Shown here: positions 50,975 to 61,575 of the stretch, one piece after another
Numbering within the stretch: the first letter of the stretch is position 1
How the letters are laid out: every line of letters starts with the position of its first letter
From: Thermoplasmatales archaeon
Lineage (GTDB): Archaea; Thermoplasmatota; Thermoplasmata; Thermoplasmatales; Thermoplasmataceae
DNA: 64,000 nt
Reading direction: 5' to 3'
Assembly: GCA_027310185.1 (NCBI GenBank)
Contig: DAIDBH010000013.1
Coordinates: 20,629 to 84,628 of the forward strand
Made by a program: the position numbers and the translations under genes
The notes under the pieces: model-generated
Seen by the model: the letters and a program-made list of their open reading frames with translations, nothing else
What the model was told of the DNA's origin: nothing
Database searches by the model: none

Positions 50975-52528
50975 ATGACGGACTGGGAATTTGTAGGAAA
51001 GGCCACACAGTTTGTTGCGGAGGAAATGGGAGTTGCACTTAAGAAATCAGCCCTTTCTCCAAACATCAGGGAGAGAATGGATCACAGTTGTGCCATAACT
51101 GACTCTGATGGGATTGTTATCGCACAGGCAGAACATATCCCGGTACATCTTGGTTCATTCAGGATAGGCATCATGAATATCATGCAATGGATGAGGGAAA
51201 ATGAAACCAGTCTGAAAGATGGAGATATGCTTATGACTAATGATCCATATATTTCTGGCACACATATGAATGATGTCTCCATAATTGCACCTGTGTATGT
51301 AGAAAATGAAATTGTTTCCTATGTTGTGAACAAGGCACATATTGTGGATGTTGGTGGTCCAGTTTTCGGAAGTCTTAACCCTAACGCAAAGAACCTTTTC
51401 CAGGAAGGTCTTATAATTCCTCCCATCAGGATAGTAAGCAACAATTCTGTGAATGGAGAATTGCTGTCAATTATCCTGAATAATTTCAAGGACCCCGAGA
51501 CCGCACTTGGTGACATTAATGCCCAAATTGCTGCTAACAGGACCGGTACAAAGAGGATTGGTGAACTTTTTAATAGATTCGGGAAAGAGTTGGTAGATAG
51601 ATCATGGAAAAAACTCCTGGAAAATTCCAGAGCGTTAAGCCTGGGAGCAATGTCTGAATGGAAACAGGGTGCTTTTCAGGCGATTGATTATCTTGAGATC
51701 GGCAGGGAAAAGGTAGCACTCAAGGTTATTGTTAAAATTTCCAGGAAAGGTGTAATTGCCGACTTTACAGGTACATCAGGTGAAATTGAGTATCCACTAA
51801 ATGCTGTTCCTGGCATGACTTTTTCTGCTACCGCCTTTGCCATAAGGAGTGCTCTGAAAAGCGATATACCAACAAATGAGGGCTTCTATTCAATTATAAA
51901 AATAGTTGCTCCAGAGGGTTCCCTTGTTAATCCACATAGACCATATCCTGTTTCTGGCGGAAATGTTGAGACAACCCAGAGAATTGCGGATATTGTTCTA
52001 CATGCTCTCAGCCAGTGCGTGGAAGGGATACCATCTGCCTCATCCGGAACAATGTTCAATGTCATGATCGGTGGAAAAAGGAAAAATGGAAAATACTGGT
52101 CATATTACGAAACTATTGGAGGTGGTAATGGGGCAGGACCAGGTCACAAGGGTTCTTCCGGAGTGCACAGTAATATGACAAATACTCTGAATACACCTGT
52201 GGAAGTTGCCGAAAAGGAGTACCCTCTATTTTACACCTCGTATACACTGAGGCGAAATAGCGGAGGAAAAGGAGAATTCAGCGGTGGAGACGGTATTATA
52301 AGATCTTTCAGGTTGCTGGAAAAGAGTTCTTTTTCCCTGATAGCAGATAGATTTAACATCAGTCCATATGCGCTGAATGGAGGAGGAGAAGGAAAGCCAT
52401 CATCTGTGCTAATCAAGCATGGCAACAGGAGGTGGAAAATGACCAGCAAATTTTCAACTGAACTTGAAGCAGGTGATGAAGTAGTGCTTATGACGCCAGG
52501 TGGATCAGGGTATGGAGAAGTTACGTGA
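50975..52528 (+). CDS. Hydantoinase B/oxoprolinase subunit B
   Basis: SPNIRERMDHSCA, IPVHLGS, NDPY..GTH.ND, QEGL, NTPVE..E, GGDG, TPGGSGYG. Confidence 0.93.
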   Translation: MTDWEFVGKATQFVAEEMGVALKKSALSPNIRERMDHSCAITDSDGIVIAQAEHIPVHLGSFRIGIMNIMQWMRENETSLKDGDMLMTNDPYISGTHMNDVSIIAPVYVENEIVSYVVNKAHIVDVGGPVFGSLNPNAKNLFQEGLIIPPIRIVSNNSVNGELLSIILNNFKDPETALGDINAQIAANRTGTKRIGELFNRFGKELVDRSWKKLLENSRALSLGAMSEWKQGAFQAIDYLEIGREKVALKVIVKISRKGVIADFTGTSGEIEYPLNAVPGMTFSATAFAIRSALKSDIPTNEGFYSIIKIVAPEGSLVNPHRPYPVSGGNVETTQRIADIVLHALSQCVEGIPSASSGTMFNVMIGGKRKNGKYWSYYETIGGGNGAGPGHKGSSGVHSNMTNTLNTPVEVAEKEYPLFYTSYTLRRNSGGKGEFSGGDGIIRSFRLLEKSSFSLIADRFNISPYALNGGGEGKPSSVLIKHGNRRWKMTSKFSTELEAGDEVVLMTPGGSGYGEVT

Positions 52529-52617
52529 GGATATCATCCTGATAACAGACTTCTTTCATCTTCAACGGTCTAATTTGGAATGGTTTAAATCCCGTAGAAT
52601 ATTCAGATATATTTTTC

Positions 52618-53145
52618 TTACCAGAGCAATTTTTCCATTATGAATTCATCATAAAATTTACCATTGATATTCAATTCGTTAACCAGCTTTCCCGAGACCT
52701 GAAAGCCAAATTTACTGTATAGATGTATGGCTGCCTCCATTTCGCTGGAAACACTTAAACTTATTTTTCTCACATTAGAATTCCTACTTATTGTGTTAAT
52801 AACTTCCTCAATAAGCCTCTTTCCTACGCCATTTCCCTGATACTTTTTGCTGACGTAAAAGCTGAAAACGTCAACAACATGACTGGTTTTTGGCCTGCTT
52901 CTGACTAAGAAACCAATCATCCCTATAAGAGATTCACGGTAATGTGCAAATAACATGTTTGGTATCCTGGATTTCCAGGTTTCTTCTGGAAAGGCGTATT
53001 CATCCTCATATGAACTGCCATAGGCTTCCGGAACCGTTTTGAGCGATTCAAGACGAAGTGCCCTGAATTCAGCCAATCCATGTTGACCTATTTTGCCAAT
53101 TGTGATTTCTTCCATGTTTATGTCATTCTTTCTTTTATTATTCAT
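52618..53145 (-). CDS. GNAT family N-acetyltransferase
   Basis: YV...YQGNGVGK acetyl-CoA motif, A..LY.KFGF; start may be the later Met. Confidence 0.88.
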   Translation of the reverse strand: MNNKRKNDINMEEITIGKIGQHGLAEFRALRLESLKTVPEAYGSSYEDEYAFPEETWKSRIPNMLFAHYRESLIGMIGFLVRSRPKTSHVVDVFSFYVSKKYQGNGVGKRLIEEVINTISRNSNVRKISLSVSSEMEAAIHLYSKFGFQVSGKLVNELNINGKFYDEFIMEKLLW

Positions 53146-53393
53146 TACGACACATATGGGAAATATAAATTAAGATTGCTTGCTAAAATGATTACCAGAC
53201 TGAATTTAGAGAATGTATTATATTTTCTGTGACACTTGAACATGGACCTTGGGATATGCTTGACCGTTTGAAAAGCGATTGGGTAAATTCAATTTAATTG
53301 AATCTTTCATCATATATGACTCTCCAAATTTTTGTTTTTTATAATATAAATTATTTAAGAATTGGTTGCCCTCAATCATTTAAACAATAAAGT

Positions 53394-54218
53394 TTATGGA
53401 TGATGACTGTGGGAAGTGCTGGACTGATCATAGGTTACTGTAAAGCTTGTTCCGTCGCTTGAGATAGCCGATGGTGTTGCCTCAGATTGTCCCTGCTGGT
53501 TGACCATTATAATACCTGTTGGACTAAATGATCCCATTGTGGCAAAGTGCCCTCCAATTGTAGCATAATTCGTCAATTTGATTCCCGTATAATCATGTCC
53601 ATAGTCGACTGTTCCGAAATTCGCCAGAGGAAGTATTCCTGTGCTCGAAGCAGGCGCCTCAGTTATCCACTCAGCAGAATCATCCCGTGCACCTTTAACA
53701 GATGCGTGCCCAGAGAATGTGCCTACAAGATTTCCAGATGATGTCGTAACACTTATGAAAGTGGAAAAGCTAGAACCACCATCATAGGTTACATTAGCAT
53801 AAACATAGTCACCAGCTGAAGCTGTGAAGCTTGCATATACTGGCGCACTTGGATAAAATTCATACCATACACAGTATATGGTTTGGGAGTTATGACCATG
53901 CCCACTGGGTTCCGCCAGTATTCCGGTTTGCTCAACAGTCTGATCATTATAGCCATCTATTCCAACCCAGAATGCTGCATATGAATTGCCAGAGGTATCT
54001 GTAGTTGGTATTATCATGGACATGGAAGCATTATGCACGCTATCATTGCTGCTAACAACAGCATAACCTGCCCAGTTTGATGACTCAGTAGTTTTCATGA
54101 AGAAACTGTTTTCTTCAAATGTTGGCAATTTGCTGTGACTTACACTTGCAATAGCTGGAACAAACGAAAAAATCATTGCCAGCGTAATAATTGCAATTAA
54201 TATTTTTCTCGATTTCAT
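53394..54218 (-). CDS. Secreted G1 (eqolisin) glutamic peptidase
   Basis: Signal peptide, SSNWAGY, WVGIDG, EQTG (catalytic Q), WYEFYP, SAEWITEAP (catalytic E), LANFG. Confidence 0.9.
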   Translation of the reverse strand: MKSRKILIAIITLAMIFSFVPAIASVSHSKLPTFEENSFFMKTTESSNWAGYAVVSSNDSVHNASMSMIIPTTDTSGNSYAAFWVGIDGYNDQTVEQTGILAEPSGHGHNSQTIYCVWYEFYPSAPVYASFTASAGDYVYANVTYDGGSSFSTFISVTTSSGNLVGTFSGHASVKGARDDSAEWITEAPASSTGILPLANFGTVDYGHDYTGIKLTNYATIGGHFATMGSFSPTGIIMVNQQGQSEATPSAISSDGTSFTVTYDQSSTSHSHHP

Positions 54219-54514
54219 ACATGTTATTCTCTAGCATAATTATAAATATTTCTATACTCTAATAAACATAATTATTCATGCCACATTGAGTTGGAACAAT
54301 TTTTCGTTTCATGAATTTCCTTCTCCTGCCAGACCGAGACACAAAATGTGCTGATTTTTATCTTAATATTTTTAAACGTGATTATTTGTGTTTATTGCAT
54401 ATGAGAAGATAATACATCATTGTAAATATCCATGGTATAAGAATGTCGGTTTATTCTCAAACACAGTCGACACTATTTATCAGCAATAAAAGAGAACATT
54501 TGTAATTTTTATTA

Positions 54515-54589
54515 TGCTCTGACCGGGATTTGGACCCGAGTCGCCGGCTTGAAAGGCCGGTATGCTTGGCCTGGCTACACCATCAGAGC
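54515..54589 (-). tRNA. tRNA-Glu(TTC) with atypical T loop
   Basis: GCTCTGA/TCAGAGC acceptor, CCGGC-CTTTCAA-GCCGG arm; T loop reads TCCAAAT. Confidence 0.92.
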
Positions 54590-54838
54590 TTGGTAATCAG
54601 GTAAGATACCAATCTATATTTATTTTTGCCTGAATTTCCCTAAAGTATATGGTTTTACTTCCGATAGATATTAGAGAAAATCATAACTAGGCTAGAAGAA
54701 TAATTCATATGATAATTCTAGGAGTAACTATACTTATTAAAATGCCATGGAAATAAGATACCTATAGTTTTGTGATGAGAGCGTCAATGGATATGATAAC
54801 TGCAAAACAAGGTGATTGTTTACAAAAGAAACATTTGT

Positions 54839-56146
54839 TTAGGACGTCGTACCATTGACTGTTTCCTGATCATTATACTCACTGTCCTGAAGCATACCCT
54901 TTAGTAATTTGCTTATTACATATACTGAGACATAAGACGCAGTGAAAACGAATGCCCCGACAGCAACAACTGCAAGGGCCTCAAGACCGAGTTGATGCAG
55001 AGCCAATATTCCTCCACCAAATAATATTCCGTTGGGGAGGTTTGACGCTCCTGACGCCAATGAAAAGGATGTCTGTGTGAAGAAAGCGATCATCAGAAGA
55101 CCGAATATACCTCCAACCAAATGCCCTGGCAAAACACCAATTGGATCACTGTACCATTTTGGCCTGGACAATAACTTTTCTGCGTATACAAATATGGGAC
55201 CGCTTATCAATCCTAGAACAACTGCACTTCCAGGACTAACGTATCCAGCCAGAGGAGTTATCACGATAAGTCCCATTAAGACACCATTTACTCCATAAAT
55301 CAATCCTGGGTCGTGCTTTGAGATTAAATATTTCGTTCCCATTGTTGAAACCATTGCAGATGCTGCTGCAAGAAATGTTGTTATGACCACAATGATTGTC
55401 TCAGTGGTAAATGCAAGCTCGCTACCCGGATTAAAGCCGAACCATCCTACCCAGAGAAGAATGATCGCCAGAGTCAACCAGCCGGAATTCAAGCTTGCGT
55501 GTTCTATCTTTGATTGCTTAAGACCTTTTTTCTTTTCTTCCTGCCATATCCTGACCAGTATAGCCAGGGCCGCAAATCCTGCGGCTCCATGAACCACAAG
55601 GCCACCTGCAAAATCACGTACTCCCATGGTATATAGCCATCCAGTTGGGTTCCAAATCCAGGCAGCTGGAATTGTGTATATGAATATGAAATAAATAATT
55701 GAAAATAAAATAAATGCTGACATCTTTATTTTCCTTAGAACTACCACTCCAACCAAGGCAAGAGTTACTGAAGCAAAGGCTGTCTCAAATAGGAAATAGG
55801 TGCCTGTTGACAGACCTGTGTCGAAGAAATTTTTTCCAGTAAGCCAGAAAACACCAGTAAGTCCTCCTGCAAGGTTTGTGGAAAATAGACCCAGAAATAA
55901 ATTGCCGTAGAAGGGATTGCCAATTACTCCATCAATTGTAGGTGCAAAAGCAATGTTAAATCCGATCAGGCCCATGAAGAACAGGGAAAATCCTGTTATT
56001 ATAAGAGTCTTATACAAACTTCTATCGAGTTTGTGGTTAAGCTCCCCAATTTCTAGAAATCCTACCGAAATAGTCATGGTGAAGACGAGTAAGCTCGCGA
56101 GTAAAACCCAAAGATCATTAATAATATCTGGTTGCATTAGAAACAC
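54839..56146 (-). CDS. amt: Ammonium transporter (Amt)
   Basis: W.W...GWL, DFAGGLVVH, LWVGWFGFNPGS, ITP.AG, second His in GHLVGG. Confidence 0.94.
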   Translation of the reverse strand: MFLMQPDIINDLWVLLASLLVFTMTISVGFLEIGELNHKLDRSLYKTLIITGFSLFFMGLIGFNIAFAPTIDGVIGNPFYGNLFLGLFSTNLAGGLTGVFWLTGKNFFDTGLSTGTYFLFETAFASVTLALVGVVVLRKIKMSAFILFSIIYFIFIYTIPAAWIWNPTGWLYTMGVRDFAGGLVVHGAAGFAALAILVRIWQEEKKKGLKQSKIEHASLNSGWLTLAIILLWVGWFGFNPGSELAFTTETIIVVITTFLAAASAMVSTMGTKYLISKHDPGLIYGVNGVLMGLIVITPLAGYVSPGSAVVLGLISGPIFVYAEKLLSRPKWYSDPIGVLPGHLVGGIFGLLMIAFFTQTSFSLASGASNLPNGILFGGGILALHQLGLEALAVVAVGAFVFTASYVSVYVISKLLKGMLQDSEYNDQETVNGTTS

Positions 56147-56507
56147 TTATGGAGAGTGATAAACGGACCGTATTTTAATTCTCGTTGCATATATATAGGG
56201 TTTTCCAGTATTAAATTAGATTCCAATTAGAGTTACACTTATTTTATACTTGATCCATTTAACCTGATTAAATAAAAAATTAACTCAATTGTCACCTCTT
56301 CCAAAAAGTGAAATGTTTCATTAAATATCGTTAAATGATAAGGTTTGCCAACTGAATTCTATATGATAGGATTAAAACTCCACTGGAATTTTGACCATTT
56401 ATAAGACCCCAATAATGCTATTTTTCACTTCAATGAAATTATCTAACAAAATGTGAGAATAGTATACAAAATTCTGTTTAAATACCAGGAACTTCTCGCA
56501 GTTCAGG

Positions 56508-58136
56508 TTAATTAGTGTGCATCCATTTTACAAGATCCATATTTCTGAATGAATCATCAAACTGGACCCTGTTGTTCTCAAAGGAGATTATGTCATAAAC
56601 TACAGATATCTCACGAAGTCTTTCACTTTTGAGCTCAGAGCCAGATTGGGCAAGTAATGTCAGTGAAAGTGCCTGGCCGAACAGTTTCAGAAGATCCTTT
56701 GAACCCATCTCAATTGAACCACCCTCCAACAGTGTGTTAAACTGATTCTCAACAAACTCAATTCTTTCTCTCACTTTATTCTTCAGATGAAGTTCAGTTA
56801 TTTTTTCAGATCTGGTCTTCATGTCATTGAAGAAGACTTTTGCAACTCCCTTTTTCAGAATAGTCTCGAGCATGTCAAGAGCCTGGATATTGCTTGTGCC
56901 TTCCCAGATTGAAGTTACCAGGGCATCCCTGTGAAACTTTGGCATGGGGAATTCTTCAAAGAATCCTATTCCCCCAAAGATCTCCATTGAATACTGAGTT
57001 ATATGATCTGATGACCATGCTGCCATGTTCTTCGCAATATGAGTGATGAATCTTGCATAATTATATGCATCATTGTATGGCGGCTTTACACTGGCCACAT
57101 CTGAAAATAGTTTAGCAGCGTACAATGATATTATGAGAGATGCTTCAAGTTCAGCTTCAAGGCTTATTATATCCTTCATCATGAGTGGATGTTCATTCAG
57201 CTTCTTTCCGAATGCTGATCTCTTTTCAGTGTGTAGATAAGCTTCCCACAATGCCTTCCTTGCAATGCCCACAGCTGCAAGGGCATCATCAATCCTAGAA
57301 ATGGTGAGAATTTCCATGGCGTAATATATTCCCTTGCCCCTTTCTCCGATCAGATATGCTTCTGAATCCACTAAATCAACTTCTCCACTTGGAACTGCTA
57401 TGGTTCCCATCTTATTTTTCAATCGCCTGATGGTGTAATTCAATTCTCCAGTTTTTTTAATAGCCGGTACGAAGAATGTTTCCAGTGAACGTATTCCACC
57501 ATTGCCAGTCATTGCCGTAACTATTGCTCCATCAGCTATACCAGCATTGCTGGCAAAATATTTGTCTGAGCCGTTTAGAATCCATCCCTCTTCAGTTTCT
57601 GTGGCTCTGGTTTTATTTGCAGCCAGATCACTGCCTCCCTGGGTTTCACTGTAGAATGTTGCACCATACCATGGATCTTTTTTATCGAGATAATGATCGA
57701 TGAACTTTTCTTTCCCACCGAAATACTTACTTAAAGCATAGGCAGTCTGTGCAGTTAGGGTGAGGCTACAGAATATGCCTGAATCAGAAATGAGATATCC
57801 TGCCACAAAGTGATACATCCATGGCTGTTCACCGGAGGCACTTTTTATAACAACACCAAGATCCTGCAACTTTTTCAAGGCCTTTCGGTGTTCTGGTGAT
57901 ATTCTTACATAATCTATCCGCTTTCCATCAAGATTCCACATTATGAGTTCGGGCTTTCCGTTGTGATCAACATAATCCATGATTTCAATCATCTCCTCAG
58001 AAACATATTCGCCCAGAACTTTGAGATCATCATCTTCATTAAAACTGAAGAATTTCAGAAATTCAGATAACGGTAAATCCTGTGTTAGATAATTGACTCC
58101 TTTGCTGCGAAAGATTTCATTGAACTTGTCTTTCAT
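56508..58136 (-). CDS. Acyl-CoA dehydrogenase, AidB-like
   Basis: SETQGGSDL, KYFASN, RLKNKMGT..VPSGE, R.AFGK, GG.GF, IWEGTSNIQALD. Confidence 0.88.
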   Translation of the reverse strand: MKDKFNEIFRSKGVNYLTQDLPLSEFLKFFSFNEDDDLKVLGEYVSEEMIEIMDYVDHNGKPELIMWNLDGKRIDYVRISPEHRKALKKLQDLGVVIKSASGEQPWMYHFVAGYLISDSGIFCSLTLTAQTAYALSKYFGGKEKFIDHYLDKKDPWYGATFYSETQGGSDLAANKTRATETEEGWILNGSDKYFASNAGIADGAIVTAMTGNGGIRSLETFFVPAIKKTGELNYTIRRLKNKMGTIAVPSGEVDLVDSEAYLIGERGKGIYYAMEILTISRIDDALAAVGIARKALWEAYLHTEKRSAFGKKLNEHPLMMKDIISLEAELEASLIISLYAAKLFSDVASVKPPYNDAYNYARFITHIAKNMAAWSSDHITQYSMEIFGGIGFFEEFPMPKFHRDALVTSIWEGTSNIQALDMLETILKKGVAKVFFNDMKTRSEKITELHLKNKVRERIEFVENQFNTLLEGGSIEMGSKDLLKLFGQALSLTLLAQSGSELKSERLREISVVYDIISFENNRVQFDDSFRNMDLVKWMHTN

Positions 58137-58220
58137 AATAAAATAGTGTGTGACAATTTATTAATATTCTGATTCCTGGTTTTCGTTATATATCAAGCGA
58201 ATATCTGGAAAGGTTTAACA

Positions 58221-58230
58221 AAATTTAAAC
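58221..58230 (+). promoter_or_regulatory. Probable archaeal TATA box of tRNA-Val
   Basis: AAATTTAAAC about 25-30 nt upstream of the tRNA 5' end. Confidence 0.5.
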
Positions 58231-58254
58231 ACATTTGCGTATTTCCCCCTTAAG

Positions 58255-58327
58255 GGGCTTGTAGTCCAGTGGTTATGACGTCGCTCTCACACAGCGAAGA
58301 CCGCCGGTTCGAATCCGGCCAGGCCCA
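58255..58327 (+). tRNA. tRNA-Val(CAC)
   Basis: GGGCTTG/CAGGCCC acceptor, TCGCT-CTCACAC-AGCGA arm, GGTTCGAATCC. Confidence 0.96.
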
Positions 58328-58494
58328 TCCTCTATAGAGTATAAATCCATTATTATACATAAAAATTCTAATGCCTTTTTATATACTACTGATTTACATT
58401 TAGGCATAAGGAGGCCCTATATCCTTTTTGATAACTCATTCATTACACCAATAAGGTTTTTTTCATAGCATTCTTTTCGTTCTATTACCTAGTC

Positions 58495-59129
58495 TTATAT
58501 GCTCTTATGTAAATTAGTCAAAAATCCTAATTCATTTTCCATATATTCACTTTCTATAGTGACAGACAATATGCCACAATCATCTTCAAATTCCAAAACT
58601 TTATTCTTTAGAGTCAGTAATTCATCTATCCTGCATCCAGAATCAAATAGACTATAGATAATGGCTTTGTTATGGGGATTCTTTAGTACCTTGACATTCC
58701 TTTGACCCTCATCCTCTGTTATCAGATTTTGAGACTTGACATTCTTATTTGGGCGATTATGAGGCTTCAACCAAGATATGCATTCTGGTTTATCTTTTTT
58801 ATATAACCATCTATAAGATCTCTTCAGAGTGGTATTATAATTTTCTATACCCCAATCAGAGTATGTACCAGCTTTATTCCAACCCTTTGTTCTCCTTCCG
58901 ATCTTTCCTTCCATAAACCAAGACATCAATTTTCTTTCGTCCTCAGCAAAAGGGGAAACAAAGGAATCAGGCATTGAAGAAGTTATTTGCCTTAATCTTA
59001 TAGCATAAAGATAAAGTCTATCTAGTCTGTAGTCATAAAAAATTATATAATTTTGATTTTATAATTGCTTGAAATATCTGATTTTTCCAGTCTATCTTGT
59101 TCCCTCTCTAATTCGACGGCAGAAACCAT
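58495..59129 (-). pseudogene. Tyrosine recombinase/integrase pseudogene
   Basis: KAII..LFDSGCRIDELL.L box-I motif; broken upstream fragments (MVSAVELEREQDRLEKSDIS.. / ..RLYLYAIRLRQI); no HxxR/Tyr C-terminus; abuts tRNA-Val. Confidence 0.8.
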
Positions 59130-59581
59130 AAATCAGATATCACGTAGTAATGTAAAATAGTAATGGCATTGAACCTTTAAAATAATACCTGAAACTGGCC
59201 CTTTCCAAAAAGTTGATCACAAAATTAAATTTTAACAAATGCCGATGAACTATTGTCCGAGGTTCTTAGAAGTCTATTTGCATAAGAAGTTCATCAATCA
59301 GTTAAAGACGATGCATTATTCGTTTTGCAAATCACATCTTTATCAATAATTCACGTAACATTAGAAGTGGGACAATTTCCTCAATTTTTAAGATAGGTCT
59401 ATGTCATTCATTCTCGATGTGGTTGGATGAGTTATATTCCTATCTTTCAGGTAAATAGTTAATCATCTTATTGCATAGATTGCAATAGTTCAAGAAATTA
59501 ATGTCAAATCCAAGGGTTCGCTATATTTTAACCTTGCCCTAGAATAAAAAATATTATAACGTATGTAGTGTTATTATATTT

Positions 59582-59743
59582 ATGGTAAGTTCTAGTAAAG
59601 ACAAAATAAGTGTATATATAAGAAAAGAAGAAAAGGCAGTGATAGAGGAGAAGGCACTTTTGGAAGGTGTTTCCGTATCAAGATATCTCGTACTGGCCGC
59701 ATTGCATAATGACCTAAGTTTTCAGAAATCAAAACAAAACTAA
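59582..59743 (+). CDS. Small ribbon-helix-helix DNA-binding protein (DUF1778/MobC/CopG-like), not in ORF track
   Basis: Manual translation MVSSSKDKISVYIRKEEKAVIEEKALLEGVSVSRYLVLAALHNDLSFQKSKQN; beta strand, helix, G.SVS.Y helix; TATA-like upstream. Confidence 0.75.
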   Translation: MVSSSKDKISVYIRKEEKAVIEEKALLEGVSVSRYLVLAALHNDLSFQKSKQN

Positions 59744-60096
59744 GATTTAATTTTTTGGTTCACTTCAAATCAGGATCCTGAGCGTAATAGTTGGCAATAG
59801 GTACATGATGGAAGATGATCTAATTAGCTCCCGAATAAGTATGAAATTAAATTTTTCCACAAGATCAAAGCAGATGGATGTTGGATATGATCATATACCT
59901 TGTGACTTCATTGTGTCTACAATAGATTAAAGAGAGCTTATTTTATTTAAGATTTTAAATTTTTTATTTTTTGGTCACTATATCCAAATTTTATTTGTGA
60001 ATCACGCCTTTTTCTTTTTTATTTATAATTCAAATATATATGGTATAATAACGCATACACTAATATACAGGAAATGTATATAATGGAAGGAGAAAA

Positions 60097-61470
60097 ATGG
60101 AAAAAGACAATAATATGGAGTTAGAAAGTAAGAGTAAGCTTACAAGAAGTGTTGGATTTGCAGACATATTTTTCATGTCATTCGGTGGTCAGGCACCATT
60201 TCTTTCAATGTTAACTTATGCTACAGCAGCATTGATACTGACATTATTCTTTTCCCCAATTGTGCTTATTATTGGTACATTTGTGGTTTTAATAAATGGA
60301 GCTGGTGTTTATTATCTATCACGAAAACATGACGAGCCAGGAGGATACTTTAATTATGCTTACAAATCATTATCGCAGAGGTTCGGTTTTGAAACTGGTT
60401 GGATATACTTATTCTATTCCCTACTGTATGCCGGCAGTTATATTACCGGGTCAATATTTGTATTGACATATGTTTTAACGCCATACATAGTGATTCCACC
60501 CATTGTTGCATTTTTCATAGTTTTCATTCCTACCGCCGCATTTCTTTTACTTGGAATAAGACCTTCCTCGAAATATGCAGTATTTTCTGCTAGCATAGAA
60601 CTGTTGGTACTGGTGGCAATTATAGTAGCCGGGTTATATGGTGCCCATTTTCTTTTGTATAACCCATTAACAAGCATTCCATCACCGTCTATAATATTCC
60701 TCGGGATATTATTTGCTATAGGCATACCCACTGGATATGGTGCCATTACGCCAGTATCAGGCGAAGTTAAGCATGCGAAAAGGAATGTGGGAAAAGCAGC
60801 AATTCTAGTAATTATTATAGGCGGATTCCTTGAATCAATGGTATTATACTCATTAGTTGACTACGGGATAATTACGCACTCATTTACTTCCCTTGTTTCA
60901 ACTAATGTTCCTGTTATCACCATAATGGAGAGAATAACAGGGCCAGTAGCCTTACCATTACTGTTGTTCGCGGCAATTAATGACGGAATTCTAGGTTCAT
61001 TGGCATTTCTAACTGCGTTTTCAAGAAACCTTTATGCCATGTCAGATAGAGGCGTGATTAGTAAAACCATAAGCAAATTACATAGCAAAAGAGGAACCCC
61101 AGTCATAGCAGGTCTAATAACTATAATCGCCGCTGTTATAATACTTATTCCACCGGTGATCTTTGTAAGCTCATTTACTGTCTTCCTGGCTTTAGGATCA
61201 ATTGCGGGACTTGCCAATCTTATGGTTCATTTAACTGCAAACTTCTCATTATTTAAAGAAAACCTTGTTAAGGCACAGAGAAGAGTCAGGGAATTTGGTG
61301 TTGGACTTCTGGGAATAATAGTATCAGGATTCATTTTCATATATTCGCTTCTAACATCTGATACTTATATGATAGAACTTGTTCTAGGATTTGTGATTCT
61401 GGGATTCATAATACTTGAAATGCTGGATGTACATCAGTATGTTAAATCGCAAACGGAGGTTCAACTGTAA
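60097..61470 (+). CDS. APC family permease
   Basis: SFGGQAPF, GGYF.Y, GIPTGYG.I.P.SGE, SR..YAM, TP. Confidence 0.88.
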   Translation: MEKDNNMELESKSKLTRSVGFADIFFMSFGGQAPFLSMLTYATAALILTLFFSPIVLIIGTFVVLINGAGVYYLSRKHDEPGGYFNYAYKSLSQRFGFETGWIYLFYSLLYAGSYITGSIFVLTYVLTPYIVIPPIVAFFIVFIPTAAFLLLGIRPSSKYAVFSASIELLVLVAIIVAGLYGAHFLLYNPLTSIPSPSIIFLGILFAIGIPTGYGAITPVSGEVKHAKRNVGKAAILVIIIGGFLESMVLYSLVDYGIITHSFTSLVSTNVPVITIMERITGPVALPLLLFAAINDGILGSLAFLTAFSRNLYAMSDRGVISKTISKLHSKRGTPVIAGLITIIAAVIILIPPVIFVSSFTVFLALGSIAGLANLMVHLTANFSLFKENLVKAQRRVREFGVGLLGIIVSGFIFIYSLLTSDTYMIELVLGFVILGFIILEMLDVHQYVKSQTEVQL

Positions 61471-61575
61471 TTTTTTTAATTTTATATATAAGTGAAGGTA
61501 ACAACATATTTGATATTGAAATGAGATAAACTGTATTATGTTGCATAAGTTGGTATAAATCTGGAGATGTAAGAA

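Noticed and set aside
52618-53145. GNAT as toxin partner of the RHH gene at 59582
   Set aside because: Over 6 kb apart, outside the island, and resembles ordinary small-molecule acetyltransferases
53399-53430. Box C (ATGATGA) ... box D (CTGA) pattern suggesting a C/D sRNA
   Set aside because: Only one C/D pair, antisense to the His-rich codons of the G1 peptidase tail; explained by coding sequence
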